IMG/VR virus record: IMGVR_UViG_3300008262_000231
Span: 34,724-98,723 of that record
Source of the DNA: a virus
DNA length: 64,000 bases
Strand: one strand, 5' to 3'
Shown: piece by piece, positions 57,527 through 64,000 of the stretch
Position numbering within the stretch: the stretch's first letter is position 1
Layout: each line of letters opens with the position of its first letter
Position numbers and translations under genes: made by a program
Notes under the pieces: model-generated
What the model was told of the DNA's origin: nothing
Seen by the model: only the letters and a program-made list of their open reading frames with translations
Database searches by the model: none

Positions 57527-58464
57527 TGGAAAAAGGGTACTTAAGATTTGGAGATTTTTTAAAACTATTTGAAGGAGGAGCTGCTATAAAGACCGCAAGG
57601 AAAATTAGAGAGGATGAATTCCCAAAAACTTTAGAAAGTATCCAAAATGATTTATTACCTCTTTTAGGGATAGACTCTCTAAAAATAGGTGAAGAATATA
57701 TCATAATAGGAAGTATAGGAAAAAAGAAAAATCCTTCGGACGAATCCGGGGATTTAGATTTAGGGTATGATGGAAATATTTTTTCTAAGAAAAATGGAAT
57801 TACATATAAAGATTCTTCCAAGAAGGTATATGAGATTTTAACTTCTGACCTTAAAGAGTTATTAGGATTTGAACCCGAAATAAATTTCCTTAGAGGACTT
57901 AATATAGTAAGTATAGGATGGCCAATAGAAGGAGATCCGGAATTAGGAATAGTTCAATTGGATCTAATCCCTTTATCTTCTATGAAATGGGCTAAGTTTA
58001 TTTATTATTCTCCAGACTACAGATTCGGAGAAAGCAAATATAAATCTGCACATAGGAATTGGCTTTTGTCTGCAATACTTTCAGCAAAAAGAAATGTTTT
58101 GGCTTCTGATGAAGAAGGTGAAGTTTTAGATTACGAATCTCCGGTGATAATACTTAGTGATGGGTTATATTTAAACACTAAAAGCTTCAGAGGGAAATTA
58201 AAAGGAAGACTTAAGAATCCTAAGAAGGTTGAGGGAGGAGAAAAATTCATAACTAACGATCCCCAAGAATTTATAGATTATACATTAGGAAAGGGGTATA
58301 ATCAAGATCAAATTAAAACTTTTGAAGCTCTTCTTAAAATAATAACTTCCCCGGATTTCCCGGATAAGGATAAATTACCAATTATAAAGGAGAGATTTTT
58401 GGAATATATGGAGAGAACTGGTCTTCCAGTTCCTTCTGAAATAAACTATTTGCCTTCTAACTAA
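57526..58464 (+). CDS. pol-beta-superfamily nucleotidyltransferase-like protein with head-targeting-like leader
   Basis: IIGSIGKK...SGDLDLG and VQLDL acidic triad; leader YLRFGDFLKLFE/GG. Confidence 0.6.
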   Translation: MEKGYLRFGDFLKLFEGGAAIKTARKIREDEFPKTLESIQNDLLPLLGIDSLKIGEEYIIIGSIGKKKNPSDESGDLDLGYDGNIFSKKNGITYKDSSKKVYEILTSDLKELLGFEPEINFLRGLNIVSIGWPIEGDPELGIVQLDLIPLSSMKWAKFIYYSPDYRFGESKYKSAHRNWLLSAILSAKRNVLASDEEGEVLDYESPVIILSDGLYLNTKSFRGKLKGRLKNPKKVEGGEKFITNDPQEFIDYTLGKGYNQDQIKTFEALLKIITSPDFPDKDKLPIIKERFLEYMERTGLPVPSEINYLPSN

Positions 58465-58487
58465 TTTTTTTTTAACAGAGAAAATCT

Positions 58488-58495
58488 TATATTTG
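58488..58495 (+). promoter_or_regulatory. Bacteroidota-type sigma-A -7 element TATATTTG
   Basis: Matches TAnnTTTG; intergenic, 21 nt before ATG 58517. Confidence 0.45.
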
Positions 58496-58516
58496 CCAGA
58501 AACGAAATAAAATAAA

Positions 58517-60298
58517 ATGTCAGGAATATCACATCTTTACGATCTATATAACAAAAAAGGACAAGAGTTTATAGAGAAATTGTTTAATACCTACGTTACT
58601 GTAAACGAGAAAATGGACGGTTCTGCTTTTATTTTCGAAAGGGGTTTAGAAACTGGTAAATTTAAATTCTATAAGAGGGATCAGAGAAATCCAATAACAA
58701 TGGTGGATAGAACTCTGATGAAATACTATGAAGTTCCTATCCAATATATAGAATCTCTTCCCCCACACATATTAAATAAAATACCGAGAGGGTGGAAATT
58801 CGGTCTTGAATATTTTTCAAATCCACAGCCAGTAGAGATTGCTTATGATAGAATTCCTAAGAATAACCTAATTCTTTCATATGTTCATGTTCTAGACGAA
58901 TCTGGTACAGTATGTAGAACTATCCAGGAAAAGGAAAATTAGATACATGGGCTGATCTATTAGGAATAGAAAGACCCCCTATTATTTTCCAAGGAGAATT
59001 AGATGACGATCAAAAGAATAAAATTCTAGAGTTTTTAAGAACTCCTTTTAACGAGTTAGTAGAGGAATTTAAAACCAAAAGTTTTGTTAGGTTCATAATA
59101 GGTATATTAAATCCTGAATTAAAAAAGACCGCACTAAACGAGGATCTAGATAAAGCTATAGAAGGTATAGTTTTTAGATTTGGGGATCCTGCAGGAGGGG
59201 ATCCGGTTCTTTCTAAAATGGTAGATCCTTTGTTTACCGAGATAGCAAAATCCAAAGCTCAGAAAAGAAGAGAAGAAAAACCTAGTGATTTTTTAGGGAT
59301 AACCCTAATAGATGTAATGAATTTTATTCTGGAAAAAGGAGTAGATTCTTTCGAATGCAAAGGAGATACTAACGACGAAAGATATGTTTCTTTCATGTCT
59401 TCTGTATTTGTGGAATTTCTTAGCGAGTATTCAGAAATGTACAAGGGAGCAGATTTCCAAGAACCTGAATACCTAAAGAAAGATGAATTTAGAATAAATA
59501 AAAAATTCATAACAAATAAAGATGTTATAAACTATCTAGAAGAAGACGAATCTTTTGAATCCCTGTTTAAACTAATGCTAAATTCTTTTAGAAAGATAAA
59601 GAAGAGAGCAGGTGGATTAATAAACCAAGGTGCTTTAGAACAATTCAATTTATTGGTTACCGACATTCAAAAAAGAGTAGAAAATGTAAATGAATCTTTT
59701 GTTTTCGAATCGGATTTACCGACTTTCCTAGATTTCAAAAGGAAAAATTCGGACAAGAATAAAGTTAACTATGTTACCGAAGAAACCGAAGGAGAAAAAG
59801 AAGAAGATCCTTTTTATTCTTATAATGAATTTATATCTGCTTTAGAAACTATAGATACCTCAAAAAAACCAAAATCTGATTTAATCGAGGAAGAAAAAGA
59901 ACCAGAAAAGGAATTAGAAGATGTAAATATCCTAATAGGAAGATTCCAGCCATTCCATAACGGATATCGTTAATAGAGGACTTTTAGGTGTAATATATGG
60001 AGCTGCTAAATCTCACGGATTCAATGTCAAATCCATAGGAGCAGGAGAAGATAGAATATTAGATTATAGAAAACAGATAGACTATTTAAAAAAGAACGGA
60101 TCTGATTTCCCTAAAGACATCGAAATAGTGAAAACCCCTAGAGCCACTAGTGCTACAGAGGTAAGAGAAAAAATAAAAAATGAAGACTTTACTTCTTTTA
60201 GAAAATTAGTCCCTCCTTCTATATCTTCACTCTATAATTCATTAGTAACTGGGATGAATTCCCACGTTAAGACTAATGAATCTTTAGAAAGTGAATAG
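58517..60298 (+). pseudogene. RNA/DNA-ligase-like plus HxGH cytidylyltransferase-like fusion gene interrupted by two frame breaks (near 58938 and 59964)
   Basis: VNEKMDGS (KxDG) in 58517-58942; -1 frame from 58939 is open into ORF 59218-59973 (IEGIVFRF...KMVDP); GRFQPFHNG then +1 frame 59963-60298 gives IGAGEDR...TSATEVREKI. Confidence 0.7.
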
Positions 60299-60305
60299 AT
60301 ATATA
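60298..60305 (+). promoter_or_regulatory. putative late promoter GATATATA
   Basis: Overlaps the upstream TAG, 4 nt before ATG 60310. Confidence 0.55.
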
Positions 60306-60309
60306 AGAT

Positions 60310-61164
60310 ATGGAAAAATTAAAATCTTTTTACGAATTCTTAAGTATTACAGAGTCTTTAGCAAAAGAAGGATCTGAAATACCGCCAGATCTAACTAAAA
60401 GCTCAGCTCCTTATTCTCCCACATCAGAAGCTCCAGAGAAATCTTCTTCTACTCAAACCTTAAATTTGGATAAATATGAGGAATATGGAATTGATCCTGT
60501 AGAGATATCAAAGGATTTTCAGAATATTGCTAAAGGTGGTTACGCTTGGAAAGATGGAAGTTCAGGTATGCCAGTAGACATTTATTTTAAATCCGAATCC
60601 CCACTATTTAAAAAACCATCAGATGGAAGCACATATTGTACAGGATTTACCTTTGCGGTAGGTTATATTACCTGTCTAAATAGAGGACTTCTGAATGATC
60701 TTACTGATTCAGATATAACTAAAATGCAGAAAATCTGGAATCAAGGGGATGCCAAAACATACCCTAAATTATGTGTTGATGCAATAGCTAATACTGAATA
60801 TTCTAACGGTAAAACATTAGGGGAAGAGGTCACTATAGAAAATGTAAAATCTGGGGATTTTTGCCAAATATGGAGAAATACAGGATTCGGACATAGTGTC
60901 ATAGTTCTGGAAATGATTAAGAAAGACGGTAAAACTGTAGGTATAAAATACTACAGTTCTAATACTAAAATTAACCCCCAAACTAAAAGATCTGGCCCTG
61001 GAGAAAATACAGAATATTTTACTGATGCCACCGGAATGGGAGGAAAAGTTCTTAGAAGTAAAACCTATTTTTCAAGAATATCCCCATTAGCCGTAAACAT
61101 CGAAGATGCAACAAAAACAATTGTGAATTCGGTTAAAAGCTTTGCTGGAAGTTTAGGAGATTAA
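60310..61164 (+). CDS. NlpC/P60/CHAP-like cysteine amidase with head-targeting leader
   Basis: TYCTGFTF (Cys) ... SGDFCQIWR..GFGHSVIV (His) ... YYSSN; leader MEKLKSFYEFLSITE/S. Confidence 0.6.
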   Translation: MEKLKSFYEFLSITESLAKEGSEIPPDLTKSSAPYSPTSEAPEKSSSTQTLNLDKYEEYGIDPVEISKDFQNIAKGGYAWKDGSSGMPVDIYFKSESPLFKKPSDGSTYCTGFTFAVGYITCLNRGLLNDLTDSDITKMQKIWNQGDAKTYPKLCVDAIANTEYSNGKTLGEEVTIENVKSGDFCQIWRNTGFGHSVIVLEMIKKDGKTVGIKYYSSNTKINPQTKRSGPGENTEYFTDATGMGGKVLRSKTYFSRISPLAVNIEDATKTIVNSVKSFAGSLGD

Positions 61165-61169
61165 ATAAA

Positions 61170-61835
61170 ATGGGAAAAATAAAAAAATTCTTGGATTTCG
61201 TAAATGAAGGCTTCTTTGATAATGAAGTTTTGGGAAATTTTGGGTCTATAATTTCAAATACATCCCGAAATTACGGGAGAGTAAATGAATTACCTACTAC
61301 TTTAGATACTGAATCCCCAAGTCCTTTTTCGACATCTAGAAATGATGAAACTTCTTGCGAAGGAAATGATTGTTGGACTTGGTTCGGAAAAGAAAAATTC
61401 TGGAACGGAGTTAATAAAGTAAATAATAAAACAGTTCCTAAAATTACTATAGATAAGGACCCAAAAAGTTTTAATATAACTTACGAAGGACCACCTTCTG
61501 GATTTCTGCTTAAGCATAAAAACGGAGGAAAAGGAGATACAATTCATCAGCTACTTAATGTATTGACATTAGAATTAAATTCTTATCTAGAAACTATATA
61601 TGCAAAACCGGTTTTAAGCGGAATTAAAATGGATTTAAGGGGAAATAAATTAAGTGTCAGTGTTCCCCTTCAGAGTTCCCCTAAACACTACGAAATCCAC
61701 AGAAGAGGGGGATTAGGACACGGAGGGGATTTTTCTGGACTTATTAAATACGAGTCTAATCCAGGATACGAAGAAGCAATACATAAATCCGGAAGACTAA
61801 CTGAAAAATTTGTCATCTTCCATAAATCAATTTAA
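61170..61835 (+). CDS. hypothetical protein with extended head-targeting leader
   Basis: MGKIKKFLDFVNE/GFFDNEVLGNFGSII shared with ORFs 409 and 61839. Confidence 0.7.
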   Translation: MGKIKKFLDFVNEGFFDNEVLGNFGSIISNTSRNYGRVNELPTTLDTESPSPFSTSRNDETSCEGNDCWTWFGKEKFWNGVNKVNNKTVPKITIDKDPKSFNITYEGPPSGFLLKHKNGGKGDTIHQLLNVLTLELNSYLETIYAKPVLSGIKMDLRGNKLSVSVPLQSSPKHYEIHRRGGLGHGGDFSGLIKYESNPGYEEAIHKSGRLTEKFVIFHKSI

Positions 61836-61838
61836 TTA

Positions 61839-63161
61839 ATGAAGAATCTAAAAAAATTTTCTGATTTTATAAATGAAGCATTTCTAGACGATAAAGTACT
61901 TTCTACGTTCGGAGCTATAATTAACAATAGAAAAGATTATTCATATTCAGAATCTCCTTCTATTGTTTCCTACGGAAATCCTGGATCGATAAATAAAACT
62001 TTGGTTCCCATTAAAAACACAGATCCCAAGAATATTTTATTTATAGGGGATTCACATACTGCTATTAAGAACAAAGAGGGAAAAGCAGTAACCTACACCT
62101 TTCCTAATATATTAAAAAAAGAATTAGAGCCAAATGGATATAAAATAGACGTCTTGGCTCTCGGAGGAATGACTACCCAATGGATGCTTGATAATCTTCC
62201 TAATCAGCTAAAAAATAAAAAATACGATAGGGTTTACATCTACGGGGGAGCAAACGATGCTGCAAATTCTAGTATTACCCTAGATAAAGCGTTATCCAAT
62301 ATACAAAAGATGGTAGATCTTTCCAGAAATAATGGAGCTGATGTATTTGTAAATCAGGGTTATATTATCGAAGGAGAAAATGGAAAATTTGGAAATTGGA
62401 AAAAAATGTCAATTTCAGGTACTCTTCTCAAAAAACAAGAAGAATGGATACCTTACATAGAAAGAAAAAAAGAACTTCAGAGAAGAATACCTTTAGAAAT
62501 AAAAAATTCTAATTTCATTTCTCCTTACGATTTAAAAGGATTAACTTCCGATGGAATACATGCTAATTCTGAGGGACAAAAGATTGTAGCTAAAATTTTC
62601 TCTGACTCCATAAAAAACACTTCATCTTCTTCAGAAAACTATAAATCTATTTCTAGTCCTAGAGTAGGCCCAGCAGGTAAAAGTATAGTTATAGGAGATT
62701 CATTATCTCCCAACGTAGCAAAGTGTTCACAAGCTGATTTAATAAGTAGCACAGGAGGTTCTTCTTCTCTTTGGAAAGGAGGAATAGCAATAGGAACCTT
62801 ATTGGATTATGTAAAATCTTACGGAAAAACTGATGCTACTATTAAAAATGTTGTGATATCCATAGGAACAAATGGTATATTCGGTAGAAGCACAGACACG
62901 GTAAATAAATTAATGGATGAGTTAAAGAAAAAATTCCCAAATGCAAAAGTTTTAGTTGTAAAAGGAACTTACGGTCCAAAAGCTACATGGTCCCCTGCTT
63001 TAACTAAGGTTAGTCAAACTACAGTAGATAATTACTATTCAGATTTTTCTAATAAAGGAGCTTTCGTAGTTCCTACTGCGATTGGGAATCAAAAAGATGC
63101 TCATAACTATACGGATATATACACTACTATCGGAAAAGAGATAGACGCTAATCTGAGTTAA
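61839..63161 (+). CDS. tandem double SGNH/GDSL hydrolase with extended head-targeting leader
   Basis: Domain 1 FIGDSHT...GGAND...DGIHAN; domain 2 VIGDSLS...SIGTNG...DAH. Confidence 0.8.
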   Translation: MKNLKKFSDFINEAFLDDKVLSTFGAIINNRKDYSYSESPSIVSYGNPGSINKTLVPIKNTDPKNILFIGDSHTAIKNKEGKAVTYTFPNILKKELEPNGYKIDVLALGGMTTQWMLDNLPNQLKNKKYDRVYIYGGANDAANSSITLDKALSNIQKMVDLSRNNGADVFVNQGYIIEGENGKFGNWKKMSISGTLLKKQEEWIPYIERKKELQRRIPLEIKNSNFISPYDLKGLTSDGIHANSEGQKIVAKIFSDSIKNTSSSSENYKSISSPRVGPAGKSIVIGDSLSPNVAKCSQADLISSTGGSSSLWKGGIAIGTLLDYVKSYGKTDATIKNVVISIGTNGIFGRSTDTVNKLMDELKKKFPNAKVLVVKGTYGPKATWSPALTKVSQTTVDNYYSDFSNKGAFVVPTAIGNQKDAHNYTDIYTTIGKEIDANLS

Positions 63162-63173
63162 CTAATATAAAAT

Positions 63174-63704
63174 ATGAAAAATTTATTAAATTTTAGAGGA
63201 TGGGAATCAGTAAATGAAGCTGATGGATTTGGTACTTCCCCTTTTCTTCTAAAAAAAGAAAAAGATCAATATAACTATTTCTTCAACCTAGAGGATAAAA
63301 AAGAAGAAAAAGGATTTCACCTTATAATAGGTAAATACTCAGAAAAAGAAGTTATATCGGGATCTAAGAATTCTTATTGCGTTCTAGGACTATATCAAAT
63401 TTCCGAGGACTTAATATCAGATATTGCAGTAGATAAAGCAGAGATACCTTCTTCTAATAACAATAGATTTAAATCCGATGAAAATGAAACTTCTAGAATT
63501 TTAGAATGCGTTTCTAAATGCCTTTTGGATTATCTAGAAAAAAATTCTAAAGTTAGTCGAATTTATGATGAGATACAGGAAACTCTATTCTTTAAAGGAA
63601 AAGGAAGCTATTTAGAATATATGAAATCTGTTATAGGCCCAGTAATCGGAGATTGGGCTATCCAAGATGGAAGCGATAAAAATTCGGTTTTAATCAGTAG
63701 ATAA
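63174..63704 (+). CDS. hypothetical protein with head-targeting-like leader
   Basis: MKNLLNFRGWESVNE/A; GATATATA at 63114-63121 upstream. Confidence 0.7.
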   Translation: MKNLLNFRGWESVNEADGFGTSPFLLKKEKDQYNYFFNLEDKKEEKGFHLIIGKYSEKEVISGSKNSYCVLGLYQISEDLISDIAVDKAEIPSSNNNRFKSDENETSRILECVSKCLLDYLEKNSKVSRIYDEIQETLFFKGKGSYLEYMKSVIGPVIGDWAIQDGSDKNSVLISR

Positions 63705-63705
63705 A

Positions 63706-63734
63706 GAAACATTTTTGAACTAATGACATATAAA
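63706..63734 (+). promoter_or_regulatory. putative bipartite promoter GAAAC-N18-TATAAA
   Basis: Conserved spacing; intergenic. Confidence 0.5.
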
Positions 63735-63766
63735 TTCTGTAATTTTAATAATAAACACAGTAACAC

Positions 63767-63940
63767 ATGGAAAAGTTCGAAGAACTAGTGGCTCTACTAG
63801 AACAAACAAGAGCAGATGCAGAGAAATTTTTTGATAAGGGAAATGACTCAGCAGGAACAAGAGTTAGAGTTGCAATGCAAAAATTGAAAGCAGTTGCACA
63901 AGATTTAAGAGTAGAAATTCAAGAAGCTAAAAAGAAGTAA
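63767..63940 (+). CDS. histone H1-like Hc1-family small protein (57 aa; absent from ORF track)
   Basis: Manual translation MEKFEELVALLEQTRADAEKFFDKGNDSAGTRVRVAMQKLKAVAQDLRVEIQEAKKK; DxEKF..KGN..AGTR.R motif. Confidence 0.85.
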   Translation: MEKFEELVALLEQTRADAEKFFDKGNDSAGTRVRVAMQKLKAVAQDLRVEIQEAKKK

Positions 63941-63943
63941 GAA

Positions 63944-64000
63944 ATGAGTTATTACCTAGTAAAAACAAGTTTTGAAACTGGAGAAGTTACCAAAAAAGGG
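63944..64000 (+). CDS. partial ORF running off the window end
   Basis: MSYYLVKTSFETGEVTKKG..., 3 nt after the Hc1-like stop. Confidence 0.5.
   Translation, partial: MSYYLVKTSFETGEVTKKG

Noticed and set aside
459-61547. Short minus-strand and nested ORFs in the track (e.g. 459-680, 6590-6946, 36340-36888, 52033-52479, 57480-57821)
   Set aside because: They are shadows of well-supported + strand genes with no recognisable motifs.
1-64000. Stop-codon reassignment (TAG to Gln) as in Lak and some crAss-like phages
   Set aside because: Genes up to 1839 aa are intact in code 11, coding density is high, and TAG serves as a normal stop; the few breaks are frame changes, not in-frame TAGs.
1-64000. 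tRNA, rRNA, introns, inteins or IS elements
   Set aside because: Intergenic gaps are mostly under 100 nt with no cloverleaf seen; primase, UvsW and gp32 have normal lengths, and no homing endonuclease or transposase motifs were recognised.

Overview
This window is a segment of a large, AT-rich, T4-like (contractile-tail) jumbo bacteriophage genome read in the standard genetic code. Nearly all genes are on the + strand; the only credible - strand gene is a DNA methyltransferase. The host is probably Bacteroidota: starts lack Shine-Dalgarno motifs and have A-rich leaders, there is a TAnnTTTG box, and an Hc1-like gene is present. Layout: (i) 1-7.6 kb accessory genes (three DUF1566/CLec-like ORFs, a NlpC/P60-like amidase, an MTase, a SleB-like wall hydrolase, a Nudix hydrolase). 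(ii) 7.6-51.8 kb baseplate/neck/fibre module (gp48-, gp53-, gp27-, gp54-, gp5-, gp13-, gp25-, gp6- and gp3-like genes, an amidoligase-like gene, very large fibre/baseplate proteins, three collagen paralogues, a spanin-like protein). (iii) 52-57.5 kb replication/recombination genes (RuvC-like, gp32, gp61 primase, UvsY-like, UvsW, thioredoxin). (iv) 57.5-64 kb nucleotidyltransferase, ligase-like/cytidylyltransferase and cell-envelope hydrolase genes. The strongest candidate for an undescribed system is a set of about nine unrelated proteins carrying a T4-CTS-like N-terminal head-packaging tag. Three of them, up to 61 kb apart, share an additional ~17-aa post-cleavage signature (GFFDxEVLGxFGxII) fused to different C-terminal domains, and the tagged cargo includes several predicted peptidoglycan-active enzymes. 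Other highlights are two novel promoter motifs (GATATATA late; G[AG]AA[CT]-N18-TAnwAw), three collagen genes in identical register that may form a heterotrimer, and a pervasive G-x-T-[GS] motif in virion proteins. Several apparent internal gaps and frameshifts may be assembly artefacts. All protein calls come from motif recognition by eye; no database searches were run.
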